IMG/VR virus record: IMGVR_UViG_3300045738_001212
Location: 64,001 to 128,000 of that record
Reading direction: 5' to 3' (one strand)
Length of the DNA: 64,000 nucleotides
Source of the DNA: a virus
Translations under genes and position numbers: made by a program
In this document: positions 36,171 to 46,474 of the stretch, piece after piece
How positions within the stretch are numbered: the first letter of the stretch is position 1
Layout: the number at the start of each line of letters is the position of its first letter
Notes under the pieces: model-generated
Told to the model about the DNA's origin: nothing
The model's input: only the letters and a program-made list of their open reading frames with translations
The model's database searches: none

Positions 36171-37025
36171 AAGGGCCAAGTGGTCCCTGTATTTTTTTGT
36201 CCCTGATTCTACATCGAACTCAGGCGTCCAGCCAAGTAATCTTTTGTCCTTATCTGCACAGGTGTAGTGCTGGTACCAAGAGGGAATCTTGTCCGACCTG
36301 TGATGTTTATATTCCAATCCCATTCCATCAAGCAGCGACTCAAATGTCCGAGCTTCTCCATAACCAATCTCATAGACTCCCTTTTTAGCTGTTACGGCGT
36401 GAAGGTTAGCCTCGATAACGTCATCGATATAAATAAAATCTCTTTGGGGTTGCGTAGGAAACAGCCTAAAAAAAGAATCCTTTTGAATCAAAGAACCAAC
36501 CTCCTGCCTCAAACGTATCCGTTGGTTCACGGCAGCTTTTCCCATAGCTCTTTCCCAAGCCTGATACGCCACCGAAGCCATGCGCCCCTTGCATTCTTCT
36601 CCCGGCCCGTAAACATTAAAATATCTTAACGAGACAAATTCGTCACACTTAACTATGCCATATTCTTCGGCAATCAACTTAGACCAACCGTAAATATTAT
36701 TTGGGGTGTCGCCGTCGCCAAGACAGGCCGCAGACGACGAATATATAACTTTCTTGTTGTGGGTTTGAGCTAAGTTGAATAACTCTTTGCTCGCGGAATA
36801 ATTGTACCGCATCATTTTCCCCATGTCTTGCAATGAGGTATCTGACATGGCTCCGACATGAAAAATTATGTCTGCTCGCTCTACCATACGACCCAACACC
36901 TTGTCGCGAAGGCCGTTGTCGAAAAGCTGCTTCCCTACCGTGTCTACGGTATAGTTTAAGGCTCTTAGCTTTTCCAACAAACGCTTGCCGATGAATCCTT
37001 CGTGACCCGTTAGCAATATTTTCAT
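36150..37025 (-). CDS. hldD: ADP-L-glycero-D-manno-heptose 6-epimerase-like SDR
   Basis: TG..GFIG, FH.GA.S.T, YSSSAA, YGWSK, YFNVYGPGE..KGRMAS, RDFIY, YQ.YTCAD. Confidence 0.8.
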   Translation of the reverse strand: MKILLTGHEGFIGKRLLEKLRALNYTVDTVGKQLFDNGLRDKVLGRMVERADIIFHVGAMSDTSLQDMGKMMRYNYSASKELFNLAQTHNKKVIYSSSAACLGDGDTPNNIYGWSKLIAEEYGIVKCDEFVSLRYFNVYGPGEECKGRMASVAYQAWERAMGKAAVNQRIRLRQEVGSLIQKDSFFRLFPTQPQRDFIYIDDVIEANLHAVTAKKGVYEIGYGEARTFESLLDGMGLEYKHHRSDKIPSWYQHYTCADKDKRLLGWTPEFDVESGTKKYRDHLALASVAQR

Positions 37026-37121
37026 AACAAAAAGTAAAATTTTAGTATCCTACTCGGAATGAGTTGTCTCATATTAAGACCTTTTTCTCGTATCTACTTT
37101 CGTACTTATAATTACACCTTT

Positions 37122-39467
37122 TTACGAGCCACAGGCTTCACAATTTTGAGGATCGCTTATTGAGCACGATAGGTCCGGTGTTTTTTCAGATTCCACCCCT
37201 AGTCCTTTTAGGGCAAAAGCTTTCGGTTGAGTGCGTAAATAATACATTCCTGTCTTAAGACCCTTCTCCCATCCGTAAAAATGAGCACTGTTTAACATGC
37301 CAACGGTGGGTTCTGCCATGAATAAATTCATAGATTGAGATTGGCAAACATAAATCCCCCTTTCTGATGCCATATCTATAATTGATCGCTGCGGTATCTC
37401 CCAGACGGTTTTATAAAGTTTCTTAACGTCCTCGGGTATAGCAGTGATTTCTTGGACAGACCCATCGTTCTCGTAAAGTTTTAACTTCATTTCCTCGTCC
37501 CAAAGATTCAAGTTAATTAAATCTTGAATAAGATGTTTGTTGATGACGACGAACTCTCCTCCCAAGGTGTTCCTTTTATAGAGGTTACTCGTAAACGGTT
37601 CAAAGCATTCGTTGTTGCCAAGTATCTGAGCGGTAGAAGCGGTGGGCATGGGAGCAATCAAAAGCGAATTCCTTGCTCCATGTTTAAGTAAAGCTTTCCT
37701 TAACTCTTCCCAATCCCACGTTTTAGAAGGTGTCGCTTTCCAAAGGTCAAATTGAAATTTACCTTCTGATAGGGGCGAGCCTTTATAGGAATCATAAGCT
37801 CCTTCTTTTTTCGCTAGGTGCACTGAGGCCCACATGGCTCCGTGATAAATTGCCGCAAACACTTCTTTGTTTAATTCTCTTGCGTCCGGTGAGTCGAACG
37901 CATAACCCATAAGGACGAAGGTGTCCGCTAACCCCTGAACCCCAATCCCTATGGGGCGATGACGTAAGTTGGATTTTTCTGTTTCTTTCGTGGGGTAAAA
38001 ATTAATATCTATAACCCTATTAAGATTAAGAGCTATTTGATATGCTGTTTCTTCCAGCCTCTTCAAGTTGTACGTTCTCTTTGATTTTTTTTGCGAACGA
38101 ATTTGACCACTTGGTATTTCTACAAATTTATTTAAGACAATGCTCGCCAGATTACATACGGCTTGCTCTTTGTGATCTGAGTACTCTATGATTTCGGTGC
38201 AAAGGTTACTGGATTTTATTGTCCCAATATTTTTTTGATTGGATTTATTGTTGGCCGCATCTTTGTATAAAATGTAAGGGGTGCCTGTTTCTATTTGAGC
38301 TTTTAAAATTTCGGTCCATAGCTCTCTTGCTTTTACCTTTCTTCTAGCTAGTCCTTCTTTCTCATATTTTAAATACAGTTTCGTAAACTTTTTGCCCTTT
38401 GGGGTGTCAAAGATATCAGACAACCCCGGAGCGTCGTTCGGACAAAAAAGACTCCACTCTTCATCGTTCTTTACTCTCTCCATGAAAAGGTCTGGAACCC
38501 ACAGGGCGAGGAACAGGTCTCTGGTTCTCATTTCTTCTTTGCCGTGGTTTTTTCTAAGCTCTATGAACTCAAAAACGTCAGAGTGCCAAGGCTCAAGGTA
38601 CACAGCAAACGACCCCTTACGTTTACCTCCTTGATTAATCCATCTAGCTATTTCGTTATAGGTCCGCATCATTGGGACCAGCCCGTCTGACTGCCCACCC
38701 GTCCCAAGAATAGCACTACCCTTAGCTCTTACGTTATGGACATGAATACCTACGCCCCCTGCCCACTTGGAAATGTTTGCTACGTCTTTAATGGTATCAA
38801 ATAACCCGTCAATGCTGTCTCCTTTGTTGGCGATTAAAAAGCATGAGGCTAATTGGCTGGTAGGAGTTCCCGCGTTAAATAAGGTAGGAGTTGCGTGGGT
38901 AAAATACCCTTCAGACAACAGGTCGTAAGTTTTTTGTACGTTCTCAAGATCGTCCCCCCAGATTCCTAACGCCACCCTCATGTACAGATATTGTGGGCAT
39001 TCCGCGAGTTCTCCATCCACCTTTTGTAAATAGCTCCTTTCGAGAGTTTTGAACCCGAAATAGTCAATGTTAAAATCCCTATCTCCCACAATCATAGAGT
39101 TTATTTTCCGAGCATTGGATTTAATTATTTCATATGTCTCCTCTGAAAGCTTCCCTGCTTCATAGATTCTCTTGGAATTCTTAGAGAAGGGTTTCATCAG
39201 ACCCTTATAGAGCCTTGTGATAGCAATACGTGAGCCCAGTAGGGAATAGTCAGGATGAATAGAAGACAAACTCGCCGCTGTTTCAGCCGCAAGGTTGTCT
39301 AACTCCGTGGTAGTAATGCCGTCATGAAGCCCGGAGATGGTCTTTTTAACCACTTCCATGTAGTCCACGTAGTCTGGGTTCAGATCATACGTCTGTTTCT
39401 TTATCCTAGCTGTAATTTTATCAAGCTTTACGGGCTCGGAACTGCCGTCTCGTTTTAAAACTTCCAT
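37122..39467 (-). CDS. nrdA: class Ia ribonucleotide reductase, alpha subunit
   Basis: ATP cone, ATPTLFNAG, SSNLCTEI, PMPTASTAQI, C-terminal CxxC. Confidence 0.97.
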   Translation of the reverse strand: MEVLKRDGSSEPVKLDKITARIKKQTYDLNPDYVDYMEVVKKTISGLHDGITTTELDNLAAETAASLSSIHPDYSLLGSRIAITRLYKGLMKPFSKNSKRIYEAGKLSEETYEIIKSNARKINSMIVGDRDFNIDYFGFKTLERSYLQKVDGELAECPQYLYMRVALGIWGDDLENVQKTYDLLSEGYFTHATPTLFNAGTPTSQLASCFLIANKGDSIDGLFDTIKDVANISKWAGGVGIHVHNVRAKGSAILGTGGQSDGLVPMMRTYNEIARWINQGGKRKGSFAVYLEPWHSDVFEFIELRKNHGKEEMRTRDLFLALWVPDLFMERVKNDEEWSLFCPNDAPGLSDIFDTPKGKKFTKLYLKYEKEGLARRKVKARELWTEILKAQIETGTPYILYKDAANNKSNQKNIGTIKSSNLCTEIIEYSDHKEQAVCNLASIVLNKFVEIPSGQIRSQKKSKRTYNLKRLEETAYQIALNLNRVIDINFYPTKETEKSNLRHRPIGIGVQGLADTFVLMGYAFDSPDARELNKEVFAAIYHGAMWASVHLAKKEGAYDSYKGSPLSEGKFQFDLWKATPSKTWDWEELRKALLKHGARNSLLIAPMPTASTAQILGNNECFEPFTSNLYKRNTLGGEFVVINKHLIQDLINLNLWDEEMKLKLYENDGSVQEITAIPEDVKKLYKTVWEIPQRSIIDMASERGIYVCQSQSMNLFMAEPTVGMLNSAHFYGWEKGLKTGMYYLRTQPKAFALKGLGVESEKTPDLSCSISDPQNCEACGS

Positions 39468-39469
39468 CT

Positions 39470-40429
39470 TTAAAAATCCGCATCAAAGGTTAGTTCTTGG
39501 TTTGGTGAGCCTACGTTAGCTTTAGCGTACTCAGCCACCCTCTTCTCAAAAAAATTAGTTTTATTTTGCAGAGCTATGTTCTGCATAAAATCAAAGGGGT
39601 TCTTGGTGCCGTATGTCTTTTCACACATTAAGTCAGCCAAAAGCCTGTCGGCCACGAACTCAAGATACTGCCTCATCAGACCACAATTCATCCCAATTAA
39701 ATCGACTGGCAAGGAGTCAGTAATGAACTCCTTTTCAATTTCCAACGCCGAGGCAATTATTTCTTTAATCCTGTCTTCTGAAACCTTGTTGACTACGTGA
39801 TGATTATGAAGGTGGCAAGCAAAGTCGCAATGTAAGCCTTCGTCCCTGCTGATAAGTTCATTTGAGAAACTCAGACCGGGCATTAGCCCTCTCTTCTTCA
39901 ACCAAAAAATTGAACAAAAACTACCGCTAAAAAAGATTCCCTCTACAGCGGCAAAGGCGACGAGTCTTTCTGCAAAACTGTCAGAGTCAATCCACTCCAA
40001 AGCCCAGACAGCCTTCTTCTTCACGCAGGTGATCTCCTCTATGGCGTTGAAATATTTTAGCTGCTCTACGGGGTCTTTCACATAGGTGTCGATTAACAAC
40101 GAATACATCTCGCTGTGGACATTTTCCATCATGATCTGGAAACCATAAAAAAACTTAGCTTCTGCATATTGGACCTCACTCACAAAATTTTCAGCAAGGT
40201 TTTCGTTAACTATCCCATCAGAGGCAGCGAAGAAAGCCAACACATTGTTAATGAAATGCTTTTCTCCACTCGTCAAGTTTTCGTACTGGGCCAAATCGTC
40301 AGACAGATCGACCTCCTCCGCTGTCCAAAAGCTTGCTTCTGCTCTCTTGTAGAAATCCCAAATGTCGGGATGCTTGATCGGGAAAATAACGAAGCGGTTC
40401 GGGTTGTTTACGAGGATGGGTTCTTCCAT
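39470..40429 (-). CDS. nrdB: class Ia ribonucleotide reductase, beta subunit
   Basis: [36 protein letters not shown]. Confidence 0.97.
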   Translation of the reverse strand: MEEPILVNNPNRFVIFPIKHPDIWDFYKRAEASFWTAEEVDLSDDLAQYENLTSGEKHFINNVLAFFAASDGIVNENLAENFVSEVQYAEAKFFYGFQIMMENVHSEMYSLLIDTYVKDPVEQLKYFNAIEEITCVKKKAVWALEWIDSDSFAERLVAFAAVEGIFFSGSFCSIFWLKKRGLMPGLSFSNELISRDEGLHCDFACHLHNHHVVNKVSEDRIKEIIASALEIEKEFITDSLPVDLIGMNCGLMRQYLEFVADRLLADLMCEKTYGTKNPFDFMQNIALQNKTNFFEKRVAEYAKANVGSPNQELTFDADF

Positions 40430-40502
40430 TACTCAAGTATCATATCATAATCTGTTTTGAATGGAAGGAAAAAGAGAAGCGGTCTGGCGTTTTGCCTAAA
40501 GC

Positions 40503-40784
40503 CTAAGAGGGATTGAGCATCTCTTCAACCGTGTCGGACACGAGATTGATGAACTCTGCGGCTGACAGTTCCATTGCCGTTCCTATCTCGATCTTGGATG
40601 AAATCTTCTCGTCTAGCCCAAAACCCTCCTCCACCACAAGAAAGACTTCGAGTATGGCTATCGAATCAAAATCAAGTTCCTTCACCTTTCTTTTCAAAAA
40701 GAAATCTTCAAACTCAAAGTCCTCGAAAGAGTAGTGTCCTTTCAAAATTAAAACGAGCTTTTCTTTGGTCTTGATCGAGTTCAT
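40503..40784 (-). CDS. acyl carrier protein-like
   Basis: acidic 93 aa, L.FDSI..LE....VEE.FG with the phosphopantetheine Ser. Confidence 0.65.
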   Translation of the reverse strand: MNSIKTKEKLVLILKGHYSFEDFEFEDFFLKRKVKELDFDSIAILEVFLVVEEGFGLDEKISSKIEIGTAMELSAAEFINLVSDTVEEMLNPS

Positions 40785-41386
40785 ATCTCCAGAAAAATCT
40801 CTTCATTGGAAGAGAATATAATTTTTTTTGTTTTTAAAATTTCTTTCATCTTGGGCATCAGGGCCGTCTCTTTATTCTGTTGGACAAACTGCACGTAGTA
40901 GTCTTCAACCATCTTTCTCCTCTGCTCAAGTTTACATTTACACCCATTCGTAATCGATTCGACCGCTGACTTCACAGAGTCTATCGCTGGGTGCTGCCAT
41001 TCGTCAAACTGTTCTCTGTTTATGGTAAAAAAATCTCTAAGATCAAAACAATTTGCAAAAGTAAACTCTTCCTTCTCCTCGTCAAGATACTCTCGGACCT
41101 CGGGAGGCAAATCTTCTTTCGTGAGTTCCGGTTCGGGGAGGGGTGGCTCTTCTGGAATCGTCCCTTTAGCGAGCATCCTGCGCTGCATTTCTTCCGCCTT
41201 CTCTGCCGAGTTATTTAAATCCTCCCTTTCTTTTAGCTCGTCTTCAGAAAAAAAGCTCGACACGTCTTCCAAGGGAGGGTCGGGGTCAGAAGGCATCCTG
41301 TGCTCTACGGTATGCTCAGGGCTTTCTAAAACGCCTTTGTTCTGGCCTATCTGTTTTAGGATTCTATTGAGTGCCGGGTGATCCAT
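40781..41386 (-). CDS. hypothetical protein
   Basis: ORF tiled. Confidence 0.55.
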   Translation of the reverse strand: MDHPALNRILKQIGQNKGVLESPEHTVEHRMPSDPDPPLEDVSSFFSEDELKEREDLNNSAEKAEEMQRRMLAKGTIPEEPPLPEPELTKEDLPPEVREYLDEEKEEFTFANCFDLRDFFTINREQFDEWQHPAIDSVKSAVESITNGCKCKLEQRRKMVEDYYVQFVQQNKETALMPKMKEILKTKKIIFSSNEEIFLEI

Positions 41387-41387
41387 G

Positions 41388-41747
41388 TTATCTATCCGAC
41401 GCTTTCACCACAGCCTTCAAGGTAAAAAATAAAAGCCAAGCGAAAACGATCTCTCTAAATATTATAGAGGAAGACATCTCCTTATTATACAGAAAAGACA
41501 CAAGAGGAGCCACCCACACCATCAAACAAACAGGGCAAGTCACGAGCTTCACAAAAAAAGAGCTAGGAAACCTCATCAACAGATGGGTATGATAATCAAA
41601 CATTGGCTTCTCCTCTTTCTCGCTCAGGTATTTCCCCAAGCCGAACCAATAAAGACCGAAGGTCTTGCTGTACACTTCAAATGCGTCCGTCTCAAACCAA
41701 GCGTACATCAAAACAACGGTAATGAAAGTGGGATATAAAAACTCCAT
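41388..41747 (-). CDS. membrane protein (DUF1360-like)
   Basis: L.TCPVC...W motif and TM helices. Confidence 0.55.
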   Translation of the reverse strand: MEFLYPTFITVVLMYAWFETDAFEVYSKTFGLYWFGLGKYLSEKEEKPMFDYHTHLLMRFPSSFFVKLVTCPVCLMVWVAPLVSFLYNKEMSSSIIFREIVFAWLLFFTLKAVVKASDR

Positions 41748-41748
41748 A

Positions 41749-42168
41749 TTAGGTAAATTTCAATAGTTCAATGTTGTAAAATCCAAGTATCTCTTTAGCC
41801 TTGTCGTCGTTCTTGTAGTCCTCGTGGTACAAAACCTCTTTCACTCCATAGGCTGCTATCATAGTAGCGCAAAACGAGCAAGGCAACAAGCTAACAGCCA
41901 GCAGTTCCACCTCCCCTTTCTTGCATAAAGAAAGACAGTTTGTTTCAGCGTGGATCATGTAGGGACGCCGAGCGTCCCTATCCTTCCAGAAAGACGGAGG
42001 AGCATCCCGCCCCGAGGCCAACCCATTATACCCAAGCCCCAAGACCATGTGGTCTTTACCAAAGGCGCAAGCCCCCACTTTGTGGTGAGGGTCTTCGCTT
42101 CTTTTAGCCGCAGCGAAGGCCAAAAGCATGGCGTATTCGTACCAATCTATCCTTTCCTCTTCAAACAT
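41749..42168 (-). CDS. dCMP deaminase
   Basis: RS.DP..KVGA, GYNG, HAE.N, PC..C. Confidence 0.92.
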   Translation of the reverse strand: MFEEERIDWYEYAMLLAFAAAKRSEDPHHKVGACAFGKDHMVLGLGYNGLASGRDAPPSFWKDRDARRPYMIHAETNCLSLCKKGEVELLAVSLLPCSFCATMIAAYGVKEVLYHEDYKNDDKAKEILGFYNIELLKFT

Positions 42169-42235
42169 CAGCTAGGATACTATCACACAGAAACAAAAAA
42201 ACAAATATTTTTTACCCGGAACAAGTACAATAAGA

Positions 42236-42700
42236 GTGACCGTATACGAAGCTTATTCAAAACTTTGGGAGTATTTCAAGGATACGGACTCTTTTGTCAT
42301 GGAGGAAGACTTTCGCAAGGTCTCCCTCGTTTCAGATACCCCGACGAGAGACAGGGCGGCGTTTCAATCAGCCCTTGACGACTGGGCAAAGCAAGACATT
42401 CTAACTCGCCAAGTCCAACACGTCTGGAACAAGGAGATCAAAGACAACGAGACCAAAACAGTCTACGTCCTCAGAAAACCCCTCGACTCAAATGAGCAGT
42501 CAATCAGTGTTCACGCAAACCTCGCAACCTACATGATGAAGGAGATAAACAGTTTCTGCGAACTCATTGATGACAAAACTGACCTCTGCGACCCAACGGA
42601 TTTGCGTAGCAAAGACATTTTGAACTTGATCCATATCCTAAATTTCTACAAAAACAAATACCAAGAAGAGATAGGAATGGACAATGAAAAAGATGATTGA
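42236..42700 (+). CDS. hypothetical protein
   Basis: ORF at the strand switch. Confidence 0.6.
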   Translation: MTVYEAYSKLWEYFKDTDSFVMEEDFRKVSLVSDTPTRDRAAFQSALDDWAKQDILTRQVQHVWNKEIKDNETKTVYVLRKPLDSNEQSISVHANLATYMMKEINSFCELIDDKTDLCDPTDLRSKDILNLIHILNFYKNKYQEEIGMDNEKDD

Positions 42701-42724
42701 CACCGAAACAGGTTCCGGTATGAT
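42697..42724 (+). promoter_or_regulatory. sigma70-type promoter
   Basis: TTGACA-16-TATGAT. Confidence 0.75.
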
Positions 42725-42730
42725 GCTCAA

Positions 42731-43050
42731 GTCAAAAGGGAAGAGCCCCTTTCAGCCCACCGGGAGTAAACGGCAGGGTTTCCCAAGGTGAGTGAATTTC
42801 ACAGGACTTGAGCGTGGGTCCATATCCGAAGGGCAAACCGCTTTCAAAAAAAACTGACAGGTAGTCCCTGTCGCATAACCCCGGCGTGATGCGGGTAATC
42901 ACTGTAATGAGTTTTTAGCACAGTTTCTCACCCTGTAATAAGGGAGGTGATCCAAAGTACTTGGTTGTACGTGGGCTGGCTACCCACTTAAAAAACTTTA
43001 GCCCTCAAAAGGAAATCAATGTACCCTTACCCCCCAAAAGGGGGTATTGT
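42731..43050 (+). ncRNA. large structured ncRNA or leader candidate (~320 nt)
   Basis: non-coding, starts at a promoter, contains a run of 8 or more hairpins. Confidence 0.5.
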
Positions 43051-43107
43051 ACCTATTTGCTAAAAGGAAAGTGCAACATACGATACGTAAGATACGTAAG
43101 ATACGAT

Positions 43108-43749
43108 ATGAGTAACATATACATTGGTCTCGCTGGCGTCGCCGGATCAGGCAAAGACCTTTTCTTTTCCATGCTCTCCGAAAGGATGCAGTGCCAACGC
43201 TTTTCCCTCGCAGACGCCCTTAAGAAAGAAGTGTCCGAGTTCACCAAATGGTCCTACGGCATAGACCCACTCACTTGCTCCCGTAAGGACAAGAACCTAA
43301 TTAGACCCTTCCTTGTCTTTCACGGCTCCATGAAAAGAAGCAGGACTAATGGTAGATATTGGATAGATCAAATGAATAATAAAATTTTAAAAAATAAAAC
43401 AACCAGTAAGATCGTCATAATAACAGACGTTAGGTATGACGACTACCCTAGAGACGAGGCATATTGGTTGAAAAAGGAGCTTGGGGGCTACCTTGTTCAC
43501 ATTTCTTTGTACGATGACATCCCTAGATTAAGTTCATCTTACAAGAAATATAAACCCCCCGCGAACGAGGAAGAAAGAAGGAATGACCCCAAATTGAAAG
43601 CCCAAGCTGATTATTTAATCGATTGGGGAAGGGTCAAAGGAGTCGTTAAGCCGCAACTCATACCGTTTGTAGATGAGTTCATTGAGTGGCTCAATAGAAA
43701 AGAAGACGGACTCTCAGCTTACGAAAAAGCTGAAGAAGGACGGGTGTGA
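43108..43749 (+). CDS. deoxynucleoside monophosphate kinase
   Basis: GVAGSGKD, SLADALK, YWI, IITDVRY..E. Confidence 0.85.
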   Translation: MSNIYIGLAGVAGSGKDLFFSMLSERMQCQRFSLADALKKEVSEFTKWSYGIDPLTCSRKDKNLIRPFLVFHGSMKRSRTNGRYWIDQMNNKILKNKTTSKIVIITDVRYDDYPRDEAYWLKKELGGYLVHISLYDDIPRLSSSYKKYKPPANEEERRNDPKLKAQADYLIDWGRVKGVVKPQLIPFVDEFIEWLNRKEDGLSAYEKAEEGRV

Positions 43750-44287
43750 GCAAAGCTTTCTAGAGCTCTGCCGGAGATATGAAAATGTATACTATAAAAT
43801 CTGCCAAAAATATCGATACACCCTCATTAAAGCTGGCGTTCAACCGGAAGATGTATTCGCAGAGAAAGACATGATCGTGCTAAAATGCGCCCTGTCGTTC
43901 GACCCCTCTAGAAAAACCAAATTCTCCACTTGGCTGGGAAACTACGCTAAATTTACCTGTCTCAACTTTGTAAATTCAAAAAGATATATCTTCAATGCTG
44001 ACACTGAAGAGCTTCACGACTTTATAGGAGAAATCCAATGTGCCCCAAAAGCCGAAGACTTTTCAGAGGAAGCTGGGATAGCCTTGGAGATTTTAAACAG
44101 CCTTAAAGACGAAAGGATAAAAAAAATCTTTAACATGAGGTACTTTCGTGATAAAAAGAAAGATGGCACTTGGAAAAAAATCTCAGAGAAGCTAGGCATA
44201 AGCATTCAAACCGCTATAAACCTACATAAAAAAGGTCTTAGGCTTTTAAGGAGTAGATTAAGCAACAAAATAAACATTGACATGTGA
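43673..44287 (+). CDS. divergent sigma-70-family factor
   Basis: FDPSRKTKFSTWL (region 2) and C-terminal HTH TWKKISEKLGIS. Confidence 0.75.
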   Translation: MSSLSGSIEKKTDSQLTKKLKKDGCEQSFLELCRRYENVYYKICQKYRYTLIKAGVQPEDVFAEKDMIVLKCALSFDPSRKTKFSTWLGNYAKFTCLNFVNSKRYIFNADTEELHDFIGEIQCAPKAEDFSEEAGIALEILNSLKDERIKKIFNMRYFRDKKKDGTWKKISEKLGISIQTAINLHKKGLRLLRSRLSNKINIDM

Positions 44288-44314
44288 CCAGAACAAGGGT
44301 ACATTCTCCCGAGT

Positions 44315-44617
44315 ATGACTGATACAAATACAAATAAAGAACCAAGTGAGTGGACAAAACGCGAAATCGGAGCCTTGTGGATACGGGAAAGTCCTAATCA
44401 AAAATACTTTTCTGGACACTTCACGACTCAAGATGAAATGGGAGTGGAAAAAAAGGTTAAAGTGGTGATCTTCACCAACAAGCATAAAAAGAAAGATAAC
44501 CATCCCGACTTCCGCATTTACCGCTCAGAACCCCAAGCCGCACAGGCGACTGCTGCGACGGAAGAAGTAGCAGAAGTTATGGGAGAAACTAACGTGGTAG
44601 AAGAAGAATTAATCTAA
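44315..44617 (+). CDS. DUF736-like putative ssDNA-binding protein
   Basis: IGALW, Y.SG, PDFRIY, acidic tail; TTGACA-17-TACATT promoter. Confidence 0.6.
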   Translation: MTDTNTNKEPSEWTKREIGALWIRESPNQKYFSGHFTTQDEMGVEKKVKVVIFTNKHKKKDNHPDFRIYRSEPQAAQATAATEEVAEVMGETNVVEEELI

Positions 44618-45718
44618 ATGTCTTCAATCGCCTTCAATGTACCGATAAATTCGGTCTCGTTCGGGCAAATATCGACCCTCCTGTTAAAGACCTATCACAA
44701 GAAGTCTTTGGCAGGAGAGTCCTTGCCTGAGCTTAAGGTTTTCCCTTTGGGTGGGCAGGTTGACCTTTCCTCTCAGAAAAAAGACGACCTGTTCGATCTG
44801 TGGTTGAACAAAAGAAGCACGGAAGCGTTGGAGAGTCATAAAAAAAGCGATCCATGTTTTAAGCTGTGGCATTTAGTTGGATCAATAGAATCTTTCTCCT
44901 GTGATCAAACTCTATTTTCTTTTTATGAACTAAATTCTCCGACCAAGGTTGAAACCAATATAGTAAAGAATAATAGAACTATTTTTAGTTCCCAATACAC
45001 TTGCGACATATTTAAAAGCTCGGGAGTAGACACTGAATACGTCCCCCTAGCATTTGATGACTTCAATTTCAAAAGACTAGAGGGCAAGGAGTACTTTTCT
45101 GACGGAAGAATAACTTTTGGGCTTGTCGGCAAAATGGAGAGAAGAAAGAGGCACGATAAAATCCTTAGTGCGTGGGCTAAAAAATTTGGAGATGATAAAA
45201 GATACGCCCTACATTGCGCTCTATACAATCCCTTCCTCAACCCAGAGCAAAACAACGCCTTCGTCCACAAAGCCCTGAATGGAAAGAAATATTTTAATAT
45301 AAACTTCTTGAATTACATGGGCGAAAATGAAACCTATAATGATTACCTTAATTCAATAGATATAATCATCGGCATGTCAGGCGGCGAAGGGTGGGGACTC
45401 CCAGAATTTCATACGGTTGCAATAGGTAAACACGGAATAATTATGGACGCTCACGGATATAAGGGATGGGCAAATGAAAAAAATGTTACCTTGGTCGGTC
45501 CCTCTGGGAAAATTGATGCTGCTGACGGTATATTTTTCAGTAAAGACGTAAACCATAATCAAGGTCAAATCTTTGATTTCGATGAGGATGATTTTATATC
45601 TGCCTGTGAAGAAACCATAAAGAAATATGAGGCTAACCCCAAAAACGAAGAAGGCATTAAGCTTCAAAAAGAGTTTACAAAAGACAAGTTCCTAAACAAT
45701 ATACTCTCAAAGATATGA
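44618..45718 (+). CDS. GT4-family glycosyltransferase
   Basis: GKME.RK, EGWGLPEF. Confidence 0.8.
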   Translation: MSSIAFNVPINSVSFGQISTLLLKTYHKKSLAGESLPELKVFPLGGQVDLSSQKKDDLFDLWLNKRSTEALESHKKSDPCFKLWHLVGSIESFSCDQTLFSFYELNSPTKVETNIVKNNRTIFSSQYTCDIFKSSGVDTEYVPLAFDDFNFKRLEGKEYFSDGRITFGLVGKMERRKRHDKILSAWAKKFGDDKRYALHCALYNPFLNPEQNNAFVHKALNGKKYFNINFLNYMGENETYNDYLNSIDIIIGMSGGEGWGLPEFHTVAIGKHGIIMDAHGYKGWANEKNVTLVGPSGKIDAADGIFFSKDVNHNQGQIFDFDEDDFISACEETIKKYEANPKNEEGIKLQKEFTKDKFLNNILSKI

Positions 45719-46473
45719 TGACACCAGAATTCACAATCAGAACATTCACCGACGACCAATACGTCCTAGATAAAATCTTCTACGCGAACAACTATAGACT
45801 TAAAAAGTTCCCCGAAGAAGGTGAGTCTGTAGTCGTGGATATCGGAGCACATACAGGATTCTTCTCTCTTCTTTGCCTAATGAGAAACGCCACTCAGGTT
45901 TACAGCGTGGAACCGTTTGGTGAAAACTACAGAATCCTATCAAGAAACACGGAAGCCTTTGCCGACAAATTAACCAGCATGAAGCTTGGCATTTATACAG
46001 AAACAAAATTTGCTAGGCTAAAATATCCCAAACCCGAAAACAACTTTTTCTTTTTGAGCCATATCGGTTTTTACGATGGAGAAGAAGAAGCCTTTTCAGA
46101 GACGTGCCACTTCATTAAGCTGGATACCCTCTTGGGGGGGCTAACGGAGGAAAAGGTTGACCTATTAAAAATTCACATAGGCTATGGAGAGGCGGACATA
46201 CTATTGTCTTCTGAAAAGATTGATAAGTGTAGGTTCGTTTGTGGGGAAACCTCTGCTAACGAAAAGAAACTTAAGGAACTGGTTCAATACATGACCGACA
46301 AGGGGTTTCAAGATTCTTTCTTGTCTAAATCTAAAGAGAAAGAAGAGTTGCACATGTTTGTGTTTGCTAAAGATTCATGCCAAGAACTGTTTGACATATA
46401 CGCCCCCGGTTCCGCCGAAGAAGCAGATCAACAGCAAGCGGAGACTGATCAAATGACGAAATTTTCCCCATGA
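45715..46473 (+). CDS. FkbM-family methyltransferase
   Basis: VVDIGAHTG, VEP, DLLKI. Confidence 0.8.
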   Translation: MMTPEFTIRTFTDDQYVLDKIFYANNYRLKKFPEEGESVVVDIGAHTGFFSLLCLMRNATQVYSVEPFGENYRILSRNTEAFADKLTSMKLGIYTETKFARLKYPKPENNFFFLSHIGFYDGEEEAFSETCHFIKLDTLLGGLTEEKVDLLKIHIGYGEADILLSSEKIDKCRFVCGETSANEKKLKELVQYMTDKGFQDSFLSKSKEKEELHMFVFAKDSCQELFDIYAPGSAEEADQQQAETDQMTKFSP

Positions 46474-46474
46474 T

